DNA of 64,000 nucleotides from Balanoglossus misakiensis (lineage: Eukaryota > Animalia > Hemichordata), in NCBI GenBank assembly GCA_040954595.2, contig CM082583.2:10429656-10493655 (forward strand), in the 5' to 3' direction. Numbering within the stretch: position 1 is the first letter of the stretch; each line of letters begins with the position of its first letter. The notes under the pieces are model-generated. The model worked only from the letters and a program-made list of their open reading frames with translations, did not search any database and was not told the DNA's origin. Below are positions 23,351-36,700 of this stretch, in pieces. The position numbers were made by a program, and so were the translations under genes.

Positions 23351-26300
23351 CTAAGTAATGACATTACCTGAAATGAAGAAAAGAAAATGTTAAATATATC
23401 TGAGAACTCGATAACTATACTATTCACATTTACTTTTACAAGTGAGAATCAAGAAGCTACAACAGAATTCAATAAATACTGTTATATGTTCTGGATGATT
23501 AGTGTTTTGAAATGTTATGGAATCATTAGTCAGGAACTCGACGTGTCATATTCACTTTTGTGGTATTAGTATCAAAATGTATACATTACCAAGTGTTCTG
23601 GTGTGATTTCCCCTTATCCCTTTCTTAAGGTGGTGAACCTAAGGAGAGGCAATGATATACATGAAACAGCCACAGTCATATTATCAGTATCATCTTAATT
23701 ACTGTAAGTATACACATGCAATTGTAGCTGATAAAATTTGTGGACATTTATGATTGTAGAACTTTCGTTTTCAACCTCAAGAAAGCTGTTTTCTCTCCAT
23801 CACCAAAGGTAGTGATATGTTCACCTGCAAAACATGCAGTCTTTTGTCACATTTTTCTGTCTGACTCTGGAGGCACTGTGCATGATCCCTGTTTCTAAAC
23901 GCCACGAACTTGTCACTTTCGCATGCAGAAATGTATACCTTTGGATTAAGTGCCCCGAGTGCAAAATGGTTTGTCACTTTGAGAGTGGCGATTAGTGAAA
24001 AATTACTGACCTGTATCAGTGACAGTGGCACGGAATCCTCGGGCGGTTAAGGTTGCATCCGAGGAAAGGGTTAACCAGACCGAGGGACCTGTTGAAGTGA
24101 AATCTTGGGGTAGAAGGACACCGTTGTGTTCCCATATCACGCTTGTTGCTTGACTTGGATCCTGCCCATTACCCGCCGAAAAGTAATCGCAGCAGTCCTG
24201 CAGAACGAAATCTTGAAACTCCACAAGCAGAGTGTTGCCACTTTGACTATCTATTGTCCACCAACATGCAAGATCATTGGGGTAGTCTTCGGGATACCTT
24301 GGTGAAGTGACTGTAATCTTCCCGCCAGTTGGCACAGTAAGGAACTGGGAACATGCTAGGAGTGAAAGATAATTATTTACGTGTCATTAGTAAGCAATGT
24401 CATTGGGATTAGTCTGTGAACAAAATTGGGGTGTGAAAAACAGTTTTTCATTTGTCATATTTTTAGGTGCAATTATCCAGCTATTGCCAACAATAAACCA
24501 GGTGGACCAGGAAAATTCGCCCTCAGGCCAACATAAAAAAGAATGCGTTTCCCGTAACATGCTCTTCGGAAAAAAGGTAAGGCAGGAATTCTTTATTTTG
24601 GATTAAAAAAGCAATACATTTTCCTAATTCTGCATAGTTGAGGTGAGCAAGTAAAATGATGAGGGATTTCTCCATTGTTAATCAACGACCGGCAAATCGT
24701 GCAATATCTTATGACAGAGTATGGATCAACAGCAGAATGAAGCTGACGAAATAGCAAGAGTAAAGTTGCATATAAAAATTAAAAGAAAACTTACAAAATT
24801 CAGAAACGGTTAGAGAAAAACCTCGGCGGGTAACCAAACTGTTGTCAGTGCTGAATGATATCCAGGCAGCACTTCCAGTTGTAACGTAATCGTCTGGTGT
24901 AGTCGTACCAGAATGCCTCCATACAAGACTAGACGTCTCGCTAGGAGTCTCTCCTTCTCCCATAGAGTAATCTGATCCACTACCCGTATTGAAATCATTG
25001 TAGGTGAGAGACAGTAATGTGTTGTTCAGGTTACGCACAGTCCATCGACAGGCTTGGTTTGGTGGGTACGGGTTTGGATAGTTTGTGGATTCTATGAGAA
25101 CGCTTTCACCGATGCTTACAGTCAGGTCGTAAACACAGTCAGCTGTGAAAAAAGTGCAACGCTCACATGAATAATCTGTCGAATATCACTGATAAAGCAA
25201 GCTGGAGTTATTGTACTGATTAATTTTCCTACATTGGAAGTTGTCATTTTCGTTGAGACGTATTACCATTTTCAAATTGTTAAAAGTAAGAATAGTAATA
25301 ATTGTCATCATATGGAAGATGTTAGGGCAGGAAGCTCATGAGTTGTACACCTACCTGCACATGCACTGACATAATCTTCACAACACTCATTCAAATAGAA
25401 GCAATCAGTATAACAGCTACACTGGAAATCATTGTTGTAGGAATTGCATTCTTCGCGACAAGTGGAACCTGTAATGAGAATGTACCATCAGACAATATTT
25501 GAACGGATGAGAATGTTATCAAAATGTGACGATTTGAAGTGGGCAGTTCTGGGTCAGTTGTGGGCATATATCTTGCTATGTCATCAAAGTTTCCATTGAA
25601 AGCAACGTGGTGCACAGTGTTTGATAAAGTCGAGGCTTGTAATTGTTAATACTCGCCCAAGTTTTCCACAACTGCATGAAATCCCTTGTCTGTGTTGCTG
25701 GAGTCACTTGAGAACCTCATCCACACAGACGTTTCATCAGACAAATAGCTTGGTGGCAGTGTTGCTCCCGAGTGGGCCCAGATTTCCACGCTACTGTTAA
25801 CGCTAGGTTGGTCGCCGTGTCCGGCAAAGTAATTATCGTAGTTCAGCTCCGTTGCAAAATCCCTGTAATCAACGAACAGCTTTCCTGTCCCGTTCTGACG
25901 GATTATGTATTCGCATCTGGCATCATTCGGATAATTGGAGGGATAATTTGGTGACATCACATCAACTGATGCTGATGTAGCAACATAGATAGTTTCGGTG
26001 CAGTTACCTATACAAGAAGATGCAGTATGTGTCATTTTTGTAGCTTAATTAACCTTTATATAAGCATTTCTATATCAACAAGAAAAACATTTCAGCAGAT
26101 GTTCTGAGAAAGCCTGGATGTAAATAAATGTCTCACATTTGTCCACACACTGTAATAATAAAACCTTTCTGTGATTCTTTATTTTCTGAACATGCTAAAA
26201 ATAAGAACTGATACAAATTGTCAATACCACCATATCATGATTGTGTGTTCTTACCTCCACAATGTTCAAAGTAGTCATAGCAGCAGTTGTTGTCATAGAT

Positions 26301-29012
26301 ACAATTAGGGAAACAGCTACACATGTGCACGGAGTCATAAGTATCACACAGGTTTGCGCAAGTACCCTTACCTATAAAAGAGAAACACAGCAATAAAGAT
26401 GCGTTAAAGTTACATGTGGTTAGCTGTGTGAGGGCTGTATTGTTACCCCAAATGTGGTGGAAGAAAAGTTACTGTTTGTCACAGATGTTAAAATACAAAG
26501 CACAGAATGGAAATGAAAATTTTAAAAATCTTACGATACATGTCTTCTACTTCAATGTGGAAACCCTTTTCTGTCACTGAGCTATCGGAGACAAATCGCA
26601 TCCACACAGTAGAGTCTGTTGAGGTGAAATCTTCCGGAGCAGTCAAGCCTGAATATTGCCAGATGACACTTGTAGCCTGCGATGGCTGGTCTCCATTGCC
26701 GGCGAAGTAAAAATCTTTACCAAGCTGGGTGTAGAATTCCGTGAATCTGACTTGCATGATGGATTTCCTCTCTGTTGTGATTATCCACTCACACTGCGCA
26801 TCATCAGGATAGTTCGAGGGGTAATTTGGCGAGGTGATGGTCACTTGACCAGACTCTGGTATTGTTATTGTCTCATAGCAACCTCCTATAGATGGACAAG
26901 AAATAGATATTGGAAGGACATCATTGCTGTTGGATTCAACCCTGTGTTTTCTCCTCTTTAAGGTTACCTGGCTTTTCCTGACACAATAAATCAAGTTATA
27001 TGTTCTGATGACCTTTAATTTTTCAGTTTTGTGTGTCACTTTACCAAAAACAGGAATACCCAAATGAATTTAACATCTTAGGTATAGGATTGTATTATTT
27101 AACAACAAATGAACCTTGTTTTTGTCATTGCACATAAATATTTTACCTTACAAGAAATCTGCATTAGTGATTCATGTTAAGCCTAAATAATTAAACATAC
27201 CAGTGTGTAATATAAAATTAAAAATTCAATTATAGTGTGCAACTTTCAACTGCTTTTAAAAAAGTCTTAAACAGAAACATAGGTCATGGCTTCATTTTCC
27301 CGGCTTACAGGTTTTGACAGCATATTTCCAAGAATGTGAGATATCAAAACAAAATTCGCCATGGCCATGTTTTCGTCGAATAGGCAAGCGATGACATTTG
27401 AATCAATTCACGACCAAATAGCAGGCTGGGAAAGAAGGTAGCCTTGAAATGAAATTTTGCGTCACTGATGTAGCTGTTCCAACTTCCTGCTTTACGGATA
27501 ACTTCAGGCCGTACTTTGATGACATTGAAATATTCAGTTATTTTCAGATGACTGAATTTGTGCAAGAGTGTTTGACCAAGAACATAAATATTTTAGGTTA
27601 CAAAAAATCTCCTTTCGCGATTCCTGTTGCGTCTAAATTGTCTAAATTATTAAATGAAGAGACATGAATTGAATGTTTACCTGCACAATTTTCGAAGTAG
27701 TCTGAACAGCAGTTGTCGTTTAATACACACGATTGGTCACAACTGCAATTCTGTTCTGGGTTATCAAAACCGCACAGTCCAGCACAAGTTGTTATTCCTG
27801 AAATATCAAATACACATTTACAGTGAAAGAAATTTGGTGTGTCCGTCTTTCACTATGGTTATAATATTTGGGCCCATCATTAATTTTCAATAAGAACAGA
27901 TATTAATGACAATTTGCTAAAGATTGAATGTCAGCTTTACCTACCAGTATCATATAGCCTGTTGCGGAAACCAAGGTCAGCGATAATGCTATCAGATGTG
28001 AAGGTAATCCAGACAGACTGGCTTGAAGATGTGAAGTCTGGCGGAAGTGAAGGGCCAGAATGTTGCCAAATAACACTGGAATTCTGGCTGGGGTCTTTAC
28101 CATTACCAGCTGAGTAGAAATCGTAGCCAGTTTCTGTAGCGAACTCCCAATGTTCCACTAAGATCTTTGTGTTTCTGTCTGTGGAAATGGTCCACTCACA
28201 GTTGGCATCCATCGGGTAGTTTGCGGGGTAGTTAGGCGACATGACATCAACGTAACCACCGGCCGGTATGTTTAATATTTCGCCGCATGGAGCTGCAAGA
28301 GAACGCCAGTGTGAAAAGTCTGATCGCTGAACATCAACAATAAAATCTATTGCTTTATTATGAAGGTTGTTAACACATCAAGATATGAGTCTGTATGTTG
28401 CAGAAACCTCTGATGGTCACCTTGTTTTGTATATCTGACAAATCTGACCTAACTACTATGATAGAATGCACCTCATGTGGACCACTGATTAACCCAACAT
28501 GAATGGTTATAATAATCTACCAATGAATATTTCTTACCTACTGTTGTTTGACCTGCAAAATATGAAAAATGATTTGTCAGTATCTGCATTTAATTAAACA
28601 CTTTTTAAAATGGTAAATGGCCTAAAAACCTGATGTGGCCATGTTCAAAGTTATAATTGCTATCACAACACATATGAAACAAAGACATATTGGGCATGTT
28701 CAGTTCATGAATCAAGGTTGGAGAGAGAGAGAGAACAAGAGAGAGGGGAGGAGAGACAGACGGAGAGGCAGATAGAGAGAGAGAGAGAGGCAGAGATCAA
28801 GAGACGGAGAGAATGAGATAGAGAGATGGAGGGGAAGGGTATAGACAGATAGAGGTAGAGGAGACAGAGATAGAGAAGAGAGACAGACAGAATTAATGAG
28901 AGAGAGGGAAGGGACACACACACACACAGATTAATTTTGGGCGCAACTCACCAAACACCTGAAGAATGCACGAAGATTGAACAAAAAAGAAAAGGGCGAA
29001 GAGAGACTTCAT
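23351..29012 (-). CDS. Secreted CUB/somatomedin-B repeat protein, paralogue B: SP-(CUB-SMB)x3-CUB-CUB
   Basis: Signal exon 29012-28952 (MKSLFALFFFVQSSCILQVF), microexon 28552-28538, CUB 28292-27945, SMB 27797-27681, CUB 26885-26535, SMB 26371-26255, CUB 26007-25657, SMB 25468-25355, CUB 25142-24795, CUB 24355-24011, candidate terminal exon 23367-23351 (GNVIT*), AATAAA near 23175. CUB motifs SPNYP..YP..CxW and SMB 8-Cys pattern CxxxC..CSC..C....CCxDY...C. Confidence 0.85.
28719..28929. repeat. Imperfect (GA)n polypurine microsatellite followed by (CA)n
   Basis: Directly visible GA/AG-rich tract in intron 1 of paralogue B. Confidence 0.9.
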
Positions 29013-30701
29013 CTTGCAGACTGTTATTCGCCAATGCAAGCTGGAATGATTGGCCTCGGGATTCACACGAGTTTTATACCACGAGCACTGATAGTATTTG
29101 CACCTAAATACGTATCATTTTTTCAAAATCTCGCCAGATGGGAGCTTTGTGTAAAGTTCCCAAAGATAACCTAGCTACCGTATATATGCAGGCATGAGTT
29201 TTATCATATTTGATACACGAAAGATTGGTCTTCCATTATGACGTTCCAGTATCATCAGAGTCACATTTCGTTAACGTGATGACTTGTATACACGAATAAA
29301 TTCAGCTGGCAACAATTTGGGGTTGTATTCAATTTGGGGACAGATGGCAATGCAATGATCATGCTTCAAGCTTGAGCCTAACGGAAATGATGACATACTA
29401 TAAATCTTTGATGGGCCGTGACGATCATATTCGCAGAGATACCCCATCTTGGCGCCAAACATCAAGCATTAGCTTTTTCTATGGAACCCATCATCGTACC
29501 CATGGAATTCCACACTCCTATCTATTGTAGCGCATTTCTTTAAAGAACCACAAACCAAGGATTTAGTTTTTGTGTGAGATGCAGGGAAATACGAGAACGC
29601 GAAAATTAATGGTCACGTAACAGTTGCCTCTTTTGATATCATGAAAATAACCTGTCGCGAAAATTTCCTGTTTTACAGTAAGTAATTCTATGAGCGACGA
29701 AAGCCACCAATGACAGGAAATTACTACTTATTGAAAAATTCTGAAATTGGAACCCATGTTTACCAGTGCTACATTGATCCACAGGCTTCCGATTTGAAAG
29801 CGAACTGCTATTTAATGCTAAATGGGCTTGATTTACCGGTACAAGGTTTTAAGACATGGCGCCAGTTTAGTGCGTCCTTGCTGCAGGTAACACTCTTTGG
29901 TCGACTGCTTAGGGTACTTATAATCAGGTTGGATCAGCCGATCTCTAATACCATGTTTTATGGCGATATAGTCGTCATTCCCTGTGCATGTTCCACAGTT
30001 GTGGTACAGGCTTGCCAACCTACACTCCAATGTGCTGATGGTTTTGATGTTTTTAAATCTCCTTTAAAAAAAACCATGGTCTGGTGTGTGTAAAAAAATC
30101 ACAAAAACAAATAATGGAATGACAATTCTGGAGAATGTGACCATATGTTAGGAAGAAGTTTGTGTCATTACTTGTTCATTGCTACAGATAAGACATGACA
30201 CCCTTATTATTCATTTTTAGTTGCTTTTATTCAATATAGGCAATGGTAACATTCAGTATATGCCTGTACGTGGCATAACTTCAATCTGTTGAATTATAAA
30301 CCAAGTCTTCAATGCTGTGAAGTTTCAGGTTACCACAGATGTTTATACTGAAATTCATCCTGAAAGAGATCAATGCATCATGGGATATTAAAGGATTCAG
30401 TCAAGTGAAGTGCAAACGCGAGTTTGTGCAGATAACGAACCCAATGCATCTCTCAGAAAAAATGATCACTGACAGCATTGATAACATTTGGCTTCAGATA
30501 GCAACTCCATCGTATTTTGACTCTCAGTCAGTAATTGATATGCAATCAGAGCCATGATTTTCCTAGAAGGAGATACAACATTAAACATTCCAAGGTGTTT
30601 AACAATATACACTCTCGTTGATAATCACAAACACAACACTTCAGTTAATAATAATCAATACCTGTACCTGCATTGATCGAGACTCCCATTTCTTCAAAGA
30701 T

Positions 30702-33700
30702 TTACGGTTTGCCTATGAGAAACAAACACAAGCATAAGTCACTAACCTTTTACATTATTTTGGTTATCTTTTCTCTTCATAGACTATTTAATGTAGTTCT
30801 ACTCACTGTACGGCATATTCTTTTACACTTTTTTCAGGCAAAGAAAAGCAGAATTCCTGAAAGAATATATATATATCTACGGTACTGACCACTATCTGTT
30901 AGAATAACACGGAAACCTCGGTCGGTATTCACAGAATTTGATGTCATGTTCATCCAGATAGATGCGCCGGTTGACGTGAAGTCTGATGGCAGAATAGTGC
31001 CGCTGTGCTGCCATATGACACTACTTCCTTGGCTGGGCACACCTCCATCTCCCGCTGAATAAAAATCACAGCATTCTTCAGTGTTGAAATCTTGGTACTG
31101 AGCAAGAATGGTGTTGCCACTTTCGCTGTTGACATACCACGCACAATCCATGTCATTGGGATAGTTCTCCGGGTAATTTGGCGAGCTGACCGTCACCTTC
31201 CCTCCAGTGGGTACAGTGATTGTCTTCTCACATGCTGCAAAGAGGAAGAGTCATAGTCGTCAGTGATGATAATCATGGAAGAAACGGTCAGAATCATCCA
31301 GTTCTCACATGTATGTACCGGTAAGTAGTGTTACATATATTTTAATGATGTATCAGTTATACATATTTTGTGTAAACTCAAATGCATTCGAAATACACCA
31401 AAACCATTAGATGGGTTTTGGTCAGTTGAATATGTTTTATAATGCTTTGTTTTTTAAATTGCCATGGAAATGCTAAACTAGAAAACATACATGTACCATC
31501 TAATTTGTTGTTTAACCCATTCACCCCCAGTTCCTTCTTTAGAAGTCCAACCTTACCATAGAAAACAATGGGTTTGAACTGAACCATGGTGGTGAAAAGG
31601 GTAAGTCTATTATATTTATTGGGCTTCCATATCTTGAAGGTAGAGTACAACGTCTTATGCATACTCTCTTTCTACGGGTACCGGTTTAGAGTCCCTATAG
31701 AGTGTTGCATTCTGCGCTCTACTCTATCTTCACGGTAATTTGTGTGATAACTAGGATTTTCTTGTAAATAGAAAACAATGGGTTTGAACTGAACCATGGT
31801 GGTGAAAAGGGTAAGTCTATGATATTTATTGGGCTTCCATATCTTGAAGGTGGAGTACAACGTCTTATGCTACTCTCATTCTCAGCGGACCGGTTTAGAG
31901 TCCCTATACATGTAGAGTCCGGCATTCTGCGCTCTACTCTATCTTCACGGTAATTTGTGTGATAACTAGGATTTTCTTGTAAATTTATTTGTTAACGGTA
32001 ATATGATTGCAATAACAACAACAGTAGCAGCAATTAGAGCAACAACAACAATTACCCCTTCTATAATATTACCTTAGTAACAACATAAATAAGAACAAAA
32101 GTACTTTACTTAGTTCCCCGTGGAAAGTTCTTTGAATGTGATGGTGATTTGAGTTTTTAATTAATTAAACCTTGCCAACCCGGGACGCGAAGTGGGAAGA
32201 GCTATAAAACTTTTCAATTTAAAACAATATACCTATAAGGGAATTTATGACTTAAATGCTTTTAGCGAGAAGAAATTGAAAGTTTGGCTACAGAAGCCTT
32301 GAAATGTATTTACTGTGTCAGCTTTGTAATCTTACCAAAATCAGTAACAGTCAGACTGAAACCAGGCCTCACAACGCTGCTGTCTGAAGTAAACGTGACC
32401 CACACTGTCTGGCCGTCTGAAAGGAAATCGTCTGGCGCTACACTTCCGTATTGTTGCCAGACAACGCTGGTGCTTTGGCTTGGCTCTGCACCATTGCCTG
32501 CAGAGAAGTAGTCGCAGCAGGGCTCCAATTCAAAAGCCTGGAATGTGACAGATAGCAAGGTGCCATTCGGAGTGTTCACGGTCCACCTGCAGGCTGCCTC
32601 ATTAGGATACGGACTTGGATAGTTGGGCGATGTGATAACAACGCTGCCACCACTACCAACAGTGAGATCCTCCACGCATCCTGCGGCTGGGATAATGAGG
32701 ACAAACGAAAACGATGAGAACCTGTTGAAGATGTTCGTACCGATACATGCATGTACTTGTATGTATGTACCGTATATGTGTGTATACATACCGTATGTAT
32801 TATACATGTACCGGTATGTAATATGTACCGGTATATTCATGTGTACAAATACAGTACATACTCGGATGAACGTGTTCATGGTAAAGGTACGATAAACGTG
32901 GAGCAAGAATACAGACAATTCCATTGGAATATACTGAATGACAACTTACTTCCACAAACTTCCGCATAGTCAGGACAGCAGTTGCCCATATAACCACAGT
33001 CGTTGTAACAGCTACAGAAGTATGCACTATTGAAGTTGTTACACATACCAATGCAAGATGCACCTAAAAACAACGAAAACATTTGTAAATTAAGGTGCAT
33101 TTTATTGCTAGCACCAAATGACAGCTTCTGAGCTCTAAAGTTACACGTTCGTTAGACTGGAACCTCAACGTATTTATTTACTGTGCGAATAGCAAAACAA
33201 GTCACAAGCTTACCTAGACCTGACACAGATGATTGGAAACCACGATCTGTCGTAGAGCTATCTGTCGTAAACCTCATCCAGACAGCGCTGGAGCTAGTAG
33301 CAAAGGTTGTTGGTAAAGAGGTTCCTGAATGAGCCCAGATTTCTGTCGTCGAGTTAACATTCGGCTGGTCTCCATGACCAGCAAAGAAGAAATCGTAGTT
33401 CAGTTCAGTCGCAAAATCTGTGAAGTCAACACTCATCTGGGTATCTGTTCCGTTGTTCCTAATTATATACTCACAGCGGGCATCGTTAGGATAGTTGGAA
33501 GGGTAATTTGGTGACGTCACCACGACACTACCACTGGTATCGACATAAAGAGTTTCGGTACAGTTACCTGAAATCAAGTTTGAAATGGTTTACAATTATA
33601 GAAAATTATAACACATTATTAACTGCTCAAATAAAAAAAATGATACACAAATAAATCTTGTACATGAGTAAACAATATTGCAAACATATTGGAGCTGAGC

Positions 33701-36700
33701 CATAGTCTCTATTGCTGATATCAGTCTTGTAAAACAGATTGTGTTCTAAACCCAACCTCCAGAAAGGAATTCTTCTATCGATAAATTCCTACCTCCACAA
33801 ATTTCAAAATAGTCTGGACAACAGTTGGAGTCAAAAACACAATCCCGTTGACAGCTGCATTGATGCAGGTTATCGTATGTATCACAGATATCAACACATG
33901 AACCTTTACCTGCAAAACAATAAGAGGAACATTTAACACATTCAATTGGCAAAGATGTGTATCTGCCAAATAAGCAATTGTTTGAGAAATTTGAGCTGGA
34001 CATTTACATGTAGGGCTGATAGCAGACATGGTTGACTTATTCAGGGTTTACTTAACGGAAAAACTTCTGATGTTGAGATTCAGTGTGAATTAAATGTTTT
34101 CGTAGGATACAGGGATGTATTGGGAAATTTATATTGTTATTTAACTTGTTTTAAATTATTGGATTTGAGACAAAGGACATCAGCTTACCAAACATGTCCT
34201 CCACGTCGACACTGAAACCCTTCTCCGTAGCTGCACCATCAGAAACAAATCGCATCCACACGGTGGAATCGCTCGACATAAAATCTGCTGGAGCGGTTAA
34301 GCCTGAATATTGCCAGATGACACTTGTTTCCTCGGATGGTTGGTCTCCATTTCCGGCAAAGTAGAAGTCCTTCCCAAACTGTGTGTAGAAATCTGTAAAG
34401 CGAACATGCATTGCAGACAGTCTCTCTGTGGAGATCATCCACTGACACTGAGCGTTGTCGGGGTAGTTAGAGGGGTAATTGGGTGATGTGATGGTCACTG
34501 TACCACCTTCAGGAATTGTGACGACTTCATTGCAATCACCTGGCAAGGAAAAGAAAAGAACACTGTTGGCAAGTGAGCACTTTGAAGGTAGAACAGAAGT
34601 AGATTTCTGTTGTTAACATTGCCCGATTTTGTGAATAAGTGGTGGACGATGTCTGTTCAGTAAATTGGTTGTGCGCCCTCATGGTCATTTTTAATCCATG
34701 TTACGTCATTGTCTGTGACAATAATGTCGTCAACAGTTGAAGTTTCGAATATCCTGTCGAATATGAATTTAATGAACATAATGATCTTGAGAAGTTAACA
34801 CTCAAATCTTATTACCTGCGCACATTTCGAAGTAATCACTGCAGCAGTTATTGTTTATGACGCAGTCCTGATTACAGCTGCATGCTTGAGCTGGATTATC
34901 AAAACCGCATAAATTGTCACAGCTGCTCAAACCTGTAAATGACAGATAGTGGGAAGTAAAAAACCAATTTATTTTGGTCGGTAGGTTCAGGGAAGGTGTC
35001 TTATTTCTGTGGACAGGCAGATGAAACTTCAGAATATTTCTGTTTTGAAAATCTATTAAAGCATTCATGCGCCAGGCCATGTTAATTGTACTCACCGGTG
35101 TCATGGATTCTGGTTGAAAATCCTCTGTAGCTGATGATATGGTCAGATGTGAAAGTAATCCAGACAGTCACACCAAATGACATAAAATCTGGGGGTAGAT
35201 TGGGACCAGAGTGTCGCCAGATCACACTGGAGTTTTGATCTGGAGTCTTCCCATTGCCGGCAGAGTAGAAATCATAGTCTGTTTCTGTGATGAAATCGAA
35301 GTGTTCCAGGTGGAGAATGGTGTTGTTTTCCGTTGAGATGATCCACTCACAGTCAGAATTCATTGGATATTCATTTGGGTAGTTTGGTGAGGTAACATCG
35401 ATGTATCCGCCCTTTGGTATCACCAGAGTTTCAGTACAATTAACAGCTGTTGAAAGATCAGACAGTCTTGAGTGAACGGTCGATCAAGTACTATGATTTT
35501 CTTGCTAGAAAACAGCAGCAGTGTGTTAATGCATCCAAGAACGCAATCAGTATCCACCCATGTAGTCAGTTGAAAATTCATCCGGTCACTGACCCATACC
35601 CTTACTCACTTATCCATCTTCTGACCTAATCCAACACACTGATCCATCAATCCATCTATCCACCCACCCATCCATCCATCAATCCATCTAATGACACGAC
35701 CACAATATGTCAAGTGGAGCTCTTAAAACCGCATGCAGTTATTAGTAACAGGAAAAGCATCATAAGCTCTGAGTAACAAATATGATTTTGGGAAGAAGAT
35801 CTTCCATTCCTCTTGTAAATTAGACAGTCTTACGTGGAGCACTAGTTGTCGCAGGTGCTGAAAGAGAGGAAAATACTACCTTTAGGCCTAATTGCTGACA
35901 ATTTTTCTGACAAAGACTGAAAAAATGTGAAAATATGTAGCCGAGGTAGACTATTGGCAATATCTATATTATTTTCTTATAAGTTTGCAGGTACCGGTAC
36001 ATAATCCATGCCATTTGAGGTCAAATGCAACATATGATTTTCCACCCATTGCGAGATCTCGCGAGACTTGGATATCACCATAGCAACGGGTTGCTAGCCA
36101 AGTACATGTAATACAGTCCAGACATGTCTGACTGCAACTCTTTCATGACTGATCACTTGTCTGAGAAGTGATATGGACAAGATGATTGGAAGGCACTAAA
36201 AATTCTACTCATAATTAACGCGCGATAAAACTGTCATCGAAGTCCGCAAACCAATATCTTGTTTCCTCAGGATCCACTAAATGGATGATAAGGACGCAAT
36301 TGAGACAGGAACCTACCACCTGTTTGTCCTGCAATAAAGGAAATTTGAAACAATTTAATGTCTTTGCCATGTGCAAAATAAAATGCTCAGGCTAGATTCA
36401 TTTGGTATGTTTGCTTTTTTTCTATTGAAACATTCAGAAACCATTAGTGATCCAGTCGGTCAGTACAAATGTTAGCATTTATAGTTGTTTTTGCCATCTG
36501 ACAATAATTGAAACCTCCACAATACAGTAACTTTGATAAATATAAATATTACTTATTAGTAACTGTTTATTAACGTTTGATCAGATTAATGCTGCCAGCT
36601 GGTACGATAAGTGTCAGTGGAGGGGAACTCCCAGACGGAGTTCAATCCCTTGGACTGCTATGACTCCTATGTTTCTAGTGAATAAAACATTCATGATTTA

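Noticed and set aside
28705-28927. Ser/Leu-rich ORFs resembling membrane peptides
   Set aside because: Translation of the (GA)n microsatellite.
31559-31983. CRISPR-like array
   Set aside because: Eukaryotic intron with two long copies and no repeat-spacer structure.
32740-32865. Tyr/Met/His-rich N-terminal extension of ORF 32310-32924
   Set aside because: Low-complexity TACATG/TATG intronic sequence upstream of the CUB4 acceptor.
36600-36660. tRNA/SINE suggested by a B-box-like GAGTTCAATCCC
   Set aside because: No cloverleaf or convincing A box could be built.
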